Assembly: GCA_964514975.1 (NCBI GenBank)
Contig: CAZESS010000003.1
Span: 61,334-125,333, forward strand
Length of the DNA stretch: 64,000 bases
Direction: 5' to 3'
From: an uncultured Thermoplasmatales archaeon
Lineage (GTDB): Archaea > Thermoplasmatota > E2 > UBA202 > DSCA01
Below the pieces are notes generated by a model. That model was not told the DNA's origin and did no database searches. It saw nothing but the letters and a program-made list of their open reading frames with translations. Numbering within the stretch: position 1 is the first letter of the stretch; the number at the start of each line of letters is the position of its first letter. Below, piece by piece: positions 21,086-30,928 of the stretch. The translations under genes and the position numbers were made by a program.

Positions 21086-21239
21086 GTTGCCTGCCCGTCG
21101 TGGTTGGCGTTGCAGGATGCACCAATGTGCGCTAGCTGAAATTAAATGACCGGTGGTATATAAACGTGTTCTGGAGGGGGGAGGGCGGTGCGTCACGCCG
21201 GTGCATCAAGGTTTTTATAGGAACAGATGATATGCACCC

Positions 21240-21947
21240 GTGTTTGGAACCTACGACCTCGACGTCGAGCTCGCAGAGCAAGACATCGAGCTCTCACTGA
21301 AGGGAGACGGAAAGCGGAAGGTCTACCGGCGCCAGGTGAACGACGACGAGATAACCAAGTACATCAACGCAGACCGGGGAAAGCTCATCGTCTGCCCGGT
21401 CGAGCCGGTCAACGCGCCCGACGAGTCGATATCGGAACATCTGCTCATCGAGCTCGAGCGACCGCTGCTTATCGAGCCCGGCTCCACGGACACGTTTTAT
21501 CTCAAGTTTCCCATAGAGATCGGCTCGTTCCTCGTGGACCCCACCGACGTGGAGCGCATCGACATCTTTACGCTCACGAAACCCAAGTACACGCTCTACG
21601 GGCCGCCGGAGAGCGGCATCATCTGCAAGTGGTGGAAGAGCGACGTGTACAGCACGGCGCCGGAGGTGGACCGCCTGTTCGAGGGTGTGCTCAGGGTGAA
21701 GATCACCAACAACTACCGGGAATGGATGGAGCTCGCGAAGCTCGTGTTCGGGGCCTTCGACATGAAGATATTTTACAACGACCACGCATACATGGACGCC
21801 CGGCTGGTCATCGAGAAGCGGACCATCGGGGAAACCTCGTTCAACGCCCGGAAGCCCAAGGGCATGCACCGGGCGGTCGACATCTACGAGGCGAAGGGGC
21901 TCAAGAAGCTTGAGAAAAGCTACGTCATCGAGTGGGGATTCAAATGA
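21240..21947 (+). CDS. Hypothetical protein (archaeal DUF432-like)
   Basis: 235-aa ORF with GTG start. Coding-like GC3. ATGA-coupled to the downstream MscS gene. Confidence 0.5.
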   Translation: MFGTYDLDVELAEQDIELSLKGDGKRKVYRRQVNDDEITKYINADRGKLIVCPVEPVNAPDESISEHLLIELERPLLIEPGSTDTFYLKFPIEIGSFLVDPTDVERIDIFTLTKPKYTLYGPPESGIICKWWKSDVYSTAPEVDRLFEGVLRVKITNNYREWMELAKLVFGAFDMKIFYNDHAYMDARLVIEKRTIGETSFNARKPKGMHRAVDIYEAKGLKKLEKSYVIEWGFK

Positions 21948-22816
21948 ATCTTCACATAAACCTGCAGGGCGCCGTCATGGATTTCTGGACCATGGAGCTT
22001 GGGGACATGGGGATGACCGTCGGCGAGCTCGTCACCTTCGTGCTCATCATCGCCATATCAGTGGTCATCGCCCGCATCGTCCGCGTGAACACCCGGCGGA
22101 TTATGAAGGAGCGCGTGCCCAAGAACACGCTCAGCAACCTGGAAAAGCTGTTCTATTATGGTATTATCATCATCGGCTTCGTGGTGGCACTTTCCAGCAT
22201 CGGCTTTTCGCTGAGCGGACTGCTCGTCGCGGGCGGCATCATGGGCATCGTCATCGGCTTCGCAAGCCAGACCGTCGTCTCAAACCTCATCAGCGGCCTC
22301 TTTCTCATCATCGAGAAGCCCCTCAAGGTCGGTGACTCGGTCAACATCGACACCGTGGACGGCGTGGTCGAGAACGTCCGCATCCTGTCGACGACGGTCC
22401 GGACGTTTGACGGCGTCTACACCCGGCTGCCCAACGACAAGGTGTTCTCATCCAACATCCAGAACTATGTCGCGCATGGCGGGCGACGTTTCTCCTACTC
22501 CATCGGCATCCGGTATCGCGACGACGCCGACAGGGCGAAGGAGGTCATCATGGGGCTGCTGGAGGCGCATCCGCTCATCCTGAAGGAGCCGGCACCGCAG
22601 GTGTTCGTCGACGGGCTCGGCGACAGCAGCGTCAACCTCAAGGTCAGGATGTGGGCACCGTCGACCCACTGGTACGGCGTGTACACGGAGATGCTCTGGA
22701 AAATCAAGGTAGCCCTGGAGGAAAACGGCATCCAGATTCCGTTCCCCCAGCGGGTGGTATGGTTCGAGAATGCCCTGAAGGGAGACGTTACGACTCGTCA
22801 GTCAAAAAAGACATAG
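21944..22816 (+). CDS. Small-conductance mechanosensitive channel (MscS family)
   Basis: Three TM segments then MscS beta-domain (GDSVNIDTVDGVVENVRILSTTVRTFDG). Confidence 0.85.
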   Translation: MNLHINLQGAVMDFWTMELGDMGMTVGELVTFVLIIAISVVIARIVRVNTRRIMKERVPKNTLSNLEKLFYYGIIIIGFVVALSSIGFSLSGLLVAGGIMGIVIGFASQTVVSNLISGLFLIIEKPLKVGDSVNIDTVDGVVENVRILSTTVRTFDGVYTRLPNDKVFSSNIQNYVAHGGRRFSYSIGIRYRDDADRAKEVIMGLLEAHPLILKEPAPQVFVDGLGDSSVNLKVRMWAPSTHWYGVYTEMLWKIKVALEENGIQIPFPQRVVWFENALKGDVTTRQSKKT

Positions 22817-22817
22817 C

Positions 22818-23150
22818 TCAACAGGTGAGATGGAGCGCTGCAGCCGCCCCGCTGTGCTGGTTGAACGCCCGGCAGGCCCTGTCGGTGGGCAGTACGTCGA
22901 AGGATATGCCGGTGCGGCGGAGGAGTCGCCGGGCCTCGAAGCTGACGGTCATCCGGCCGTGTGCGCCGGTGCCGATGACGAGATAGCGTGGTGCCGCCGT
23001 TATCACGCCCGCAAGGTCATCGGGCTCGAGGTGATGGCCATGGTTGCGGCGCCAGTCAGGCTCGACGTGGTCGGGATAGATGACGAGGTCGCTGGTATAG
23101 GCGGTGCCGTCCACGACGATTTTTCCGAAGCTGTAGGCATCGATATGCAT
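22818..23150 (-). CDS. Mth938-like domain protein (DUF498)
   Basis: SFGKIVVDGTAYTSDLVIYPD...VIGTGAHG pattern of the Mth938 fold. Confidence 0.7.
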   Translation of the reverse strand: MHIDAYSFGKIVVDGTAYTSDLVIYPDHVEPDWRRNHGHHLEPDDLAGVITAAPRYLVIGTGAHGRMTVSFEARRLLRRTGISFDVLPTDRACRAFNQHSGAAAALHLTC

Positions 23151-23158
23151 GCTCGCCA

Positions 23159-24634
23159 CTACGCGATACGCCACCGGGCGCCGTCATCGGTGTCCTGTAT
23201 CTCGAAGCCAAGCCGCTCCAGGTCATCCCGGATGGCATCCGCCGTCCCGTAGTCCTTCTCCCGCCGCGCCCGCTCCCTGATAGCGAGCAGCTCGGCCACC
23301 ACGTCCTCCAGCGATCCCTCACCGGAGCCGCCATGCTCACGCGCCAGCGCCGCAACCGCCTCGACATCAACCTGTCGCCCTTTTTCCTGGAACAATGTCA
23401 GCACCCGGCCGGTCTCCAGCAGCACGTCCAGCGCACGGCGGCACAGCGCCCCATCGGGCTGCCCCTCCGAGAGATACCGGTTGCTCTCCCGGACAAAATC
23501 AAACAGGGCAGCAATAGCGTCAGGCGTGTTGAAATCATCATCCATCGCCTTCTCAAAGCGCTCCCGATAACGCCCGGCCACCTCATGAAATATCCGGTCG
23601 GGCTCGTCCAGTGCAGCCACGTCAACCTCGCCGTCGGCGTCACCGGCGGCCTCCCGCAGGTCGTCGCGCAGCCGGTGGATGCGCTCAAGCCGCCGGCGGG
23701 CCATCTCCATGTTCTCCTCGCTGTAGTCGGCCGGGCTCCGGTAATGATAGCTGGCGAAAAAGAAACGCAATGTTTCCGCATCCCATCGCCGCAATGCATC
23801 GCGGATGGTGACAAAGTTGCCCTCCGACTTGCTCATCTTTTCGCCGCCGACGTTGAGCATGCCGGAGTGCAGCCAGTACCGGGCGAACTGCTCCCGCAGC
23901 GCTGCCTCGGCCTGCGCTATCTCGTTTTCATGGTGCGGAAACACCAGGTCATGGCCGCCGCCGTGGATGTCGAACGGCGCCCCGAGATACGTGGTGCTCA
24001 TCGTCGAGCACTCGATGTGCCAGCCCGGGCGCCCCTCGCCCCAGGGCGACTCCCATGACGGCTCGCCGGGCTTCGCAGCCTTCCACAGGGTGAAATCAAG
24101 CGGGCTCCGCTTTTTGTCGCCGGGCTCGATGCGCTCACCGGCACGCATCTCCTCCACCTGCTGACCGGAGAGCTTCCCATAGCCATCGAAGGATTCAACC
24201 GAAAAATAGACGTCGCCGTCCGCCGCATAGCCATGGCCATGCTCGATGATGTCTTCCACGAGCGCAATCATGCCCTCGATATGCTCAGACGCCTTCGGAT
24301 ATTTATCGGCGGGCTGGATGCCGAGCGCCTCCAGGTCGCCCAGGCAGCGCTGCTCGTACTCCGCCGAGTGCTCCAGGGGCGGGATACCGCGCTCCCGGGC
24401 AGCGTTGATGATCTTGTCGTCCACGTCGGTGACGTTTTGCACATAGGTCACATCGTAGCCACGGTATTCCAGGTAGCGCTTGATGATGTCGAACGCCAGG
24501 TATGTCCGGGCGTGACCGATGTGCGCGTCGCCGTAGACGGTCATCCCGCAGACATACATGCGAACGTGGTCATCATCGAGCGGCTCAAACGGCTGTTTTT
24601 TCCTGCCGAGCGTGTTGTAAACCCTGAGCATCAC
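23159..24634 (-). CDS. cysS: Cysteinyl-tRNA synthetase
   Basis: HIGH motif (GDAHIGHARTY) and KMSKS (KMSKSEGN); 491 aa. Confidence 0.95.
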   Translation of the reverse strand: MMLRVYNTLGRKKQPFEPLDDDHVRMYVCGMTVYGDAHIGHARTYLAFDIIKRYLEYRGYDVTYVQNVTDVDDKIINAARERGIPPLEHSAEYEQRCLGDLEALGIQPADKYPKASEHIEGMIALVEDIIEHGHGYAADGDVYFSVESFDGYGKLSGQQVEEMRAGERIEPGDKKRSPLDFTLWKAAKPGEPSWESPWGEGRPGWHIECSTMSTTYLGAPFDIHGGGHDLVFPHHENEIAQAEAALREQFARYWLHSGMLNVGGEKMSKSEGNFVTIRDALRRWDAETLRFFFASYHYRSPADYSEENMEMARRRLERIHRLRDDLREAAGDADGEVDVAALDEPDRIFHEVAGRYRERFEKAMDDDFNTPDAIAALFDFVRESNRYLSEGQPDGALCRRALDVLLETGRVLTLFQEKGRQVDVEAVAALAREHGGSGEGSLEDVVAELLAIRERARREKDYGTADAIRDDLERLGFEIQDTDDGARWRIA

Positions 24635-24706
24635 CAGATGATGCAGCTAATTTTTAATAAATGTTTGGGGAACAATCTATTTGTATCGGTATCTGGTTTT
24701 TAACCT

Positions 24707-25420
24707 GTGCTCTACTTCGTGCATGGCCTCGGGTTCGACGAACGGGAATGGCACCAGGTCGTGGCTTTTTTCAGCGAGCGAGGGTATCCATGTAGGGCGG
24801 TCAACCTACGGGAGGGACTCGACCTGCGACACGCAAGACTGCAGGACTATGTTGACGTGGTAACGGGCATGGTTTCAGATGACGATATCGTTGTCGGGCA
24901 TTCAATGGGTGGCCTGGTCGTCCAGAAAGTTGCTGCGGAAACAGATATACGGGCCGGTGTGGGCATCTGCCCTGCACCGCCGGCAGACATCAAATTCCGG
25001 TCACCCGTCCGCTTCAGAGACATACTGCCCACACTGAAGTATCTCCCCCGTATACTCCTCAAGCAACCGGTGAAGCCGGACCATCCGATCGCCAGCATGC
25101 TATGCTCCAGATACATGGGCGTCGGCCTGACGGAGGACGATATACGGGACATCCACGGCCAGATGGTCGAGGAGTCCTCAATCGTCATCCGGGAGCTAGC
25201 GATGCGGAAAACCGAGGTCGACGAAAAAAAGGTGACCTGCCCGCTGCTTTTCATAGCCATGAGCAACGACCGGGCGATACCACCTGCCACGGTGAAACGA
25301 CTCGAGGAGAAATATCCAACGGCCAGATACAGATGCTACGAGGGATGCCATCATTTCTTCAACAACACAAACTGGCAGGAAGTAGCAGCGGGCATCGATG
25401 ACTTCATCACAGGGTTATAG
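24707..25420 (+). CDS. Alpha/beta-hydrolase fold protein
   Basis: GTG start. GHSMGG nucleophile elbow. Confidence 0.7.
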   Translation: MLYFVHGLGFDEREWHQVVAFFSERGYPCRAVNLREGLDLRHARLQDYVDVVTGMVSDDDIVVGHSMGGLVVQKVAAETDIRAGVGICPAPPADIKFRSPVRFRDILPTLKYLPRILLKQPVKPDHPIASMLCSRYMGVGLTEDDIRDIHGQMVEESSIVIRELAMRKTEVDEKKVTCPLLFIAMSNDRAIPPATVKRLEEKYPTARYRCYEGCHHFFNNTNWQEVAAGIDDFITGL

Positions 25421-25489
25421 CTGACGATAGAGCTGAGAAACAGATGGAGTCGTAGCACCCGGGCCAAAATCTTGATATGAGATGGTGCA

Positions 25490-26539
25490 TTGCTGCCTGT
25501 GCTCTACATCGTGATGGTGACGGCGGAGTGCAACATGGCGTGCAGCTACTGCGGGGGCAGCCTGGTGACCATGCCCAAAGACATCACCTACAATCTGGAG
25601 GACCTCGCAGCGTTCATCAGCCAGGATGAAGACGACGAGACGGTCGTCGCCCTCTACGGCGGCGAACCCCTGCTCCGGCCCGACATGGTGCATGAGCTGC
25701 TTGACATGCTGCCAGCCGACCGCCGGGTGTTGCAGACAAATGGGTTTTATATCGACCGGCTCGGCGAACACGTGCACGACCTCGATGCTATCCTGCTGTC
25801 CATCGACGGCCGGCAGGCGACAACGGACAGATACCGGGGCGAGGGCTGCCATGACCGGGTGATGCAGGCACGGCGGTGGCTCTCCATGCAGGACTACGAG
25901 GGCGACCTTGTCGCCCGGATGGCCGCCTCAAAGCACACCGACATCTACAGAGATGTCATGTACCTGCTCGAATGGTTTCCCCGTGTCCACTGGCAGCTGG
26001 ACGCCGTCTGGTCATCATTGTGGGATCTGCCGGCGTTCCGGCGATGGACAAAGCAATCCTACATGCCCGGCATCGAACATCTCGCCAGGATATGGACTGA
26101 GCATCTGGAGCAGGGCGAGGTATTGGGCATCGTGCCCTTCCTCGGCATAGCGAAGCGGGTCATCCGTGGCGGCTCGGGGCTGCCCTGCGGGGCCGGCCGG
26201 AGCGCCATGAGCATCACGACCGACGGCCGCGTGGTGGGCTGCCCCATCGCCGCCGAGTTTTCATGGAACCAGATGGGCGATTTTGATGACGTGCAATGTA
26301 TCGACATCGGCGAGCCATGTACCTCCTGTGACATCTACACGGTCTGCGGCGGGCGCTGCCTCTTCACATACAAGGAGCGACTGTGGGGCGACGAGGGCTT
26401 CACCCTGCTCTGCGATATCACCAAGCATCTCGTCGAACAAATCGAGGGAGCGCTGCCCCTCATCAGGTCGATGCTGCCCGACCATGAAAACGAGCTGCTG
26501 TACCCGCCGTTCAACAACACGACAGAGATTATACCCTAG
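25490..26539 (+). CDS. Radical SAM enzyme with C-terminal SPASM-type auxiliary cluster domain
   Basis: CNMACSYC (CX3CX2C) near the N-terminus. C-terminal Cys set CGAGRS...GCPIAAEF...CTSCDIYTVCGGRC typical of SPASM. Confidence 0.85.
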   Translation: MLPVLYIVMVTAECNMACSYCGGSLVTMPKDITYNLEDLAAFISQDEDDETVVALYGGEPLLRPDMVHELLDMLPADRRVLQTNGFYIDRLGEHVHDLDAILLSIDGRQATTDRYRGEGCHDRVMQARRWLSMQDYEGDLVARMAASKHTDIYRDVMYLLEWFPRVHWQLDAVWSSLWDLPAFRRWTKQSYMPGIEHLARIWTEHLEQGEVLGIVPFLGIAKRVIRGGSGLPCGAGRSAMSITTDGRVVGCPIAAEFSWNQMGDFDDVQCIDIGEPCTSCDIYTVCGGRCLFTYKERLWGDEGFTLLCDITKHLVEQIEGALPLIRSMLPDHENELLYPPFNNTTEIIP

Positions 26540-26712
26540 TGAGTACCATTAGCAGGACGGTGTTGGCAGAGATTGCCCGGCAATAGCTCGCCGTCGGTGA
26601 GGCCAACGGGTTATATATGGGGTTTGAGGGCAGGGTATCGAAGCATCATGAGGATTATTGTTTCGAGGTGAATAATCGTAATCATAATGCAGATGCAGGA
26701 AGAAAGATATTT

Positions 26713-26749
26713 ATATAACTATAATATTTCAGTTTTAAGCTATAATATT
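26713..26749 (+). promoter_or_regulatory. AT-rich promoter with two tandem TATA-like elements (CTATAATATTT x2, 9-bp spacer)
   Basis: The 220-bp region 26540-26760 is strongly AT-rich relative to the genome. 11-bp direct repeat at 26718-26728 and 26738-26748. TTTATATAAC at 26713. Confidence 0.4.
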
Positions 26750-26814
26750 TGAGGTTAAAACATGGGTGTTGAACGGCTGTCTGGAGAACCGCATTGTGAC
26801 ACGAGCCCGGGAGA

Positions 26815-27309
26815 ATGTTCCGGTGGAAACGGATGTCCGGAAGCGACGGCCGCTACCTGTATCGGGATGCCGTCCGTCACAGATCGTGTGCCGCGAGGGA
26901 TATCTCGATGGAGAGACACCCGAAGGAAACCGAAACGCCACATTATTCCCGGAGGTGCATAGATATGTGTTCAAATCATCCGCCCTGTCCTGGTGGGCCG
27001 AAGGGGCCGGTGGGCGGACGGATACAGCGGCTGCAAGGCCTGGCGAAAGCACTGCACTGCCCCACCCGCTGGGATATAATCGACATAATAGGAACGGGGT
27101 CAGCTAAAACGAGGGAGATAAAAGAAGGACTGGAGTCACGGGGCTATGATATAACCCAATCGGGATTGTATTATCATCTTTCAGAGCTGAGAGATGCCGG
27201 CATAATAGACGTTGCTGCATTTGTAGAAGAAGGCCAAGGGGCTCCAGAGAAGGTCTGGAAGCTGGTCAAAAAGAAAATAGAGATCGACCTGGCCCTTGAG
27301 GAGGACTAA
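26815..27309 (+). CDS. ArsR/SmtB-family winged-helix regulator with Cys/His-rich N-terminal extension (start uncertain: 26815 or internal ATG at 26965)
   Basis: C-terminal LAKALHCPTRWDIIDII...ITQSGLYYHLSELRDAGII is an ArsR HTH. Frame has high GC3 from ~26830. Internal ATG at 26965 is preceded by GGAGGTG. Ends 3 nt before the ABC ATPase start. Confidence 0.6.
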   Translation: MFRWKRMSGSDGRYLYRDAVRHRSCAARDISMERHPKETETPHYSRRCIDMCSNHPPCPGGPKGPVGGRIQRLQGLAKALHCPTRWDIIDIIGTGSAKTREIKEGLESRGYDITQSGLYYHLSELRDAGIIDVAAFVEEGQGAPEKVWKLVKKKIEIDLALEED

Positions 27310-27312
27310 CAG

Positions 27313-28233
27313 ATGAAGACAGCCGTGGCGGCCAGCGGGCTCACCAAAACATTCGGCAGGGTTCGGGCGGTAAAAAACGTTAGTTTCGAGGTTCAAAAGG
27401 GTGAGTTCTTCGGCTTTTTGGGTCCAAACGGCGCCGGCAAGACCACCACCATACGGATGCTGACGGGGTTGGTCACGCCTGATGCAGGACGAGCTTTGAT
27501 AGACGGAATTGACCCCTACCGGGACCCTATCCATGCAAAGCTACACATGGGCGTAATCCCCGAATTCGGCAATATCTATGTTGACCTGACGGCAAAAGAA
27601 AATCTCTATCTCGCTGGAAAATTCTATGGAATGCCAAAAAAAGAAATAAAGAAAAGGACATCTGAACTCCTGGAGATGCTGGAATTGAACGAGAGGGCGA
27701 ACGACACGGTTCGAACCTTCTCCAAGGGTATGAAGCAGCGGGTGAATATTGGATGTGCCATCATCCATGAACCGCCTGTACTCTTCCTGGACGAACCGAC
27801 TTCCGGTTTAGACGTGCAGAGTAAAAGGCTCGTGGTGGAATTAATGGGGAGGATGAAAGAACAGGGAAGCACGATATTTTTGACGACGCACAATATTCAG
27901 GAAGCAAATGAGCTCTGCGAACGAGTTGGCATTATACATGAGGGAGAACTCGTCGCCATTGATAGACCGGAAAAACTCCGAAATACATTCGATAAGACAC
28001 AGTCCATCGAGGTCTCCCTCGAGGGGGATTTTGACGTCGATCAGCTCAAAAATGGCCACGTCGACAAGATAACACGGTCGGGAGATAAGCTTACGATTTT
28101 CACCGATGAACCAGATATCTCTGTAAAAAAGCTGGTCAAACTGGCAGATGAAAGCAATGTAAAAATAATATCCCTTACAACGAAAGGGCCGAGCCTGGAA
28201 GAAGCCTTCGTGAGGTTGACAGGGGGTAATTGA
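27313..28233 (+). CDS. ABC-2 type transporter ATP-binding protein
   Basis: Walker A GPNGAGKTT, signature FSKGMKQRV, Walker B LFLDEP. Confidence 0.9.
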   Translation: MKTAVAASGLTKTFGRVRAVKNVSFEVQKGEFFGFLGPNGAGKTTTIRMLTGLVTPDAGRALIDGIDPYRDPIHAKLHMGVIPEFGNIYVDLTAKENLYLAGKFYGMPKKEIKKRTSELLEMLELNERANDTVRTFSKGMKQRVNIGCAIIHEPPVLFLDEPTSGLDVQSKRLVVELMGRMKEQGSTIFLTTHNIQEANELCERVGIIHEGELVAIDRPEKLRNTFDKTQSIEVSLEGDFDVDQLKNGHVDKITRSGDKLTIFTDEPDISVKKLVKLADESNVKIISLTTKGPSLEEAFVRLTGGN

Positions 28234-28979
28234 TGAGATATTCAGAATTCATAAGAGGGGTATTGACCACGGCAGAAAAGGACATCAAGATTTACTACAA
28301 GAAACCACCCGTCATCATATTCGGTCTTTTGTTTCCGTTTCTGATGTTCCTCGCGTTCTATATCGGGAGGGAAATAGATTTTGGTCTGTTCTTTCCGGGA
28401 TTCCTCGCTATGACGTTATTTTTTACTTCTTCCTCTGTAGGGCCACTGGTAACACCATGGGAGAGACAGGCAGGTACCTATGAAAGGCTTCTTTCATATC
28501 CTGTTAACATAAAAGCGGTCTTGCTGGGGGACATATTGGCCGGCGCGATATTTGGCATGGCGGTATACACCGTGGTCTTGGTGGCCGGTTCATTTTTCAT
28601 ACATCTTCAGATAGCAAATGGAGCCATACTGCTGATTTCCATAGTATTAGGGTCAATCACTTTTTCCTCCCTGGGAATAGTGATATCTGCACCAGCCACG
28701 ACATCCCCGTCATCCATAATGATGCTTTCGAGCCTGATTCGATTTCCTCTCATATTCATAAGCGGCATATTCATACCTCTCCAACAGATGGAAGGGCCAA
28801 TGAGGTACCTATCGTATATCTCGCCTCTCACCTATCTGGTAGATTCCTTGCATTCTGGAATCGGAGGTAAAAACGTTTTACCAATGGGTGCTGGAATAGT
28901 AGCTTTATTGACCTTCAGCGCGATATTTTTCTCGGCTGCCGTTCATATACATAAAAGGAACATGGTCAAGGGACTGTAA
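28230..28979 (+). CDS. ABC-2 family permease
   Basis: ATGA overlap with ATPase; six TM segments. Confidence 0.8.
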   Translation: MMRYSEFIRGVLTTAEKDIKIYYKKPPVIIFGLLFPFLMFLAFYIGREIDFGLFFPGFLAMTLFFTSSSVGPLVTPWERQAGTYERLLSYPVNIKAVLLGDILAGAIFGMAVYTVVLVAGSFFIHLQIANGAILLISIVLGSITFSSLGIVISAPATTSPSSIMMLSSLIRFPLIFISGIFIPLQQMEGPMRYLSYISPLTYLVDSLHSGIGGKNVLPMGAGIVALLTFSAIFFSAAVHIHKRNMVKGL

Positions 28980-29097
28980 AAAGTACCCCTGCTGATAAAA
29001 ATCCATCCAATATTTGACATTTGGCACCCATCTGCTGGCCCTTCCTCCTGCCGGCGGCTACATAACGTATATTAATGCCGTTGACATATGCATTGCA

Positions 29098-29916
29098 GTG
29101 ATTCGAATAGGTGCCGCCGGTATCCCGCTGTCGTGCAAGGACCGGACCAACCGCGACGGGGTTATCTACACGCGCAATCTCGGGCTATCGGCGATGGAGA
29201 TACAGCTCTCACGGGGGTTCATCAGCCGCGAGGAGGCCACCGACATCCGGGAAACGGCCGACAAGTGCGGCATCGACCTCTACATCCATGCGCCCTACTA
29301 CATCAACCTGACCGGTAACGAGCGCAACGTCGAGATGAGCCAGAACAAGATATGGCGCTCCATGCGTCTCGCTGAGCTGATGGACGCGCGGATGGTGACC
29401 ACCCATACCGGCTTCTATGGCTCGCTGTCGAAGCATGAGGCGATGCAGCGGATGGCCGGGCGTCTCCGGATGCTCCGCGACCAGATAAAGATGGAGGGCA
29501 TCGAGATACCCATCGGGGTGCAGACCATCGGCAAGCCCGAGGTGTTCGGCACGCTGGAGGAAATCGTGGAGCTGTGCACAAGGGTGCGCGGCATCCATCC
29601 GGTGCTCGACATGGCCCACATCCATGCCCGTCAGAACGGCCGATTGCAGGAAAAAGAGGACTTCCAGGAGGTGTTCAACAGCCTGGCGCCCCTAAACCTT
29701 GATCATGTCGTTGTCTATCTCACCGGGGTGCGCTACAACGCCGAGGGAGAGATATATCATGTGCCCGTCCGGAAGAGCGACATGCCGGTCATCAAGCTGA
29801 TGGAATGTATCGTTGAGCATGACTACAACGTGACCATTATCTCGGAGTCGCCCATCCTCGAGCATGACGCGGTCTACGGCCAGATACTGGTGGACCGTGC
29901 TATGGAAATATCGTGA
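29098..29916 (+). CDS. nfo: Endonuclease IV (AP endonuclease family 2)
   Basis: GTG start gives MIRIGAAGIP. HAPYYINL, HTG and MAHIHA metal-ligand motifs. TATATTAA lies 25 nt upstream (leaderless). Confidence 0.8.
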   Translation: MIRIGAAGIPLSCKDRTNRDGVIYTRNLGLSAMEIQLSRGFISREEATDIRETADKCGIDLYIHAPYYINLTGNERNVEMSQNKIWRSMRLAELMDARMVTTHTGFYGSLSKHEAMQRMAGRLRMLRDQIKMEGIEIPIGVQTIGKPEVFGTLEEIVELCTRVRGIHPVLDMAHIHARQNGRLQEKEDFQEVFNSLAPLNLDHVVVYLTGVRYNAEGEIYHVPVRKSDMPVIKLMECIVEHDYNVTIISESPILEHDAVYGQILVDRAMEIS

Positions 29917-29922
29917 TAGACC

Positions 29923-30462
29923 ATGCGTTTTGACAGGTCGGTTTCATATATCCATGAGCAGATGACACCGGTGCTGGAGCATGTCGACCAGGCAGGCGTG
30001 GAGCGCGCCGTCGACCTGTTCATGGACAGGCCCCGGGTGTTCGTCTACGGGACGGGGCGGAGCGGGCTCGTTGCGAGGGCCTTCGCGATCAGGCTCGTGC
30101 ATCTCGGGTTCCAGACCTTTGTCATCGGTGAGACCATCACGGCGCCGGTGCACAGGGACGACCTCGTCGTGCTCGTCTCGGGCTCCGGCGAGACCATCCC
30201 GGTGGCGATGACCGCGGACATCGCACAGCAGCTGGGCGCCCAGATCGTTTCTGTCACGGCCGACCCGGTATCACATATCGGGCGGGCCGCCGACGTGCTG
30301 CTCCATCTTGATGTAGCGAACGGCGACGGCGATCTGGCGCCGCTGGGAACATTGTTCGAGGCGTGCGCCTGGGTGGTTCTCGACGGCATCATCGCGGAGC
30401 TCATGGCCCGGACCGGCGAGGGCGAGGGCGACATGCGGGAGCGGCACGCGACGCTGGAATAA
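29923..30462 (+). CDS. hxlB: 6-phospho-3-hexuloisomerase (SIS domain; RuMP pathway)
   Basis: VFVYGTGRSGLVARAFAIRLVHLGF...VSGSGET...FEACAWVVLDGI closely follows the PHI family pattern. Confidence 0.8.
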   Translation: MRFDRSVSYIHEQMTPVLEHVDQAGVERAVDLFMDRPRVFVYGTGRSGLVARAFAIRLVHLGFQTFVIGETITAPVHRDDLVVLVSGSGETIPVAMTADIAQQLGAQIVSVTADPVSHIGRAADVLLHLDVANGDGDLAPLGTLFEACAWVVLDGIIAELMARTGEGEGDMRERHATLE

Positions 30463-30487
30463 GCTTTTTAAACGGGGCGATGTTGCA

Positions 30488-30928
30488 ATGGTAATGACCA
30501 CGTATGACTACAAGGAGCTGCTGAACCGGTCGATGGAATCCCTGCCCGAGGACTTGACCTCGAAGGAACGGTTCCAGATGCCCGAAGGCGACGTATTCCA
30601 CGAGGGAAACACCACCATCATCCGGAACTTCCTCGACATCACCGACCAGGTTGGCCGGGACCCCCAGCACATGCTCACCTACCTGCTCAAGGAGCTCGGG
30701 ACCGCCGGCGAGCTGGACAACGAGCGCGCCATCTTCCAGGGCAAGATATCGATGGGCAAGGTCCAGGAGCGCATCGACGCCTACGTCAACACCTTCGTGG
30801 TCTGCCGGGAATGCGGCCGTCCTGACACCAATCTCATGAAGAAAAACCGCACGCTGCTGCTGAAATGCGAGGCGTGCGGCGCCATGCACCCGGTCAAGGC
30901 CAGGAAGGGGCGACGGGGCAGGCGATGA
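30488..30928 (+). CDS. eif2b: Translation initiation factor aIF-2 beta subunit
   Basis: C-terminal zinc ribbon CRECGRPDT...LKCEACGA and N-terminal helical domain. Confidence 0.9.
   Translation: MVMTTYDYKELLNRSMESLPEDLTSKERFQMPEGDVFHEGNTTIIRNFLDITDQVGRDPQHMLTYLLKELGTAGELDNERAIFQGKISMGKVQERIDAYVNTFVVCRECGRPDTNLMKKNRTLLLKCEACGAMHPVKARKGRRGRR

Noticed and set aside
26762-26962. 66-codon Cys-rich ORF as a definite RiPP precursor
   Set aside because: Not fully rejected (see findings). The overlapping ArsR frame has clearly better GC3, so the small ORF cannot be called a gene with confidence.
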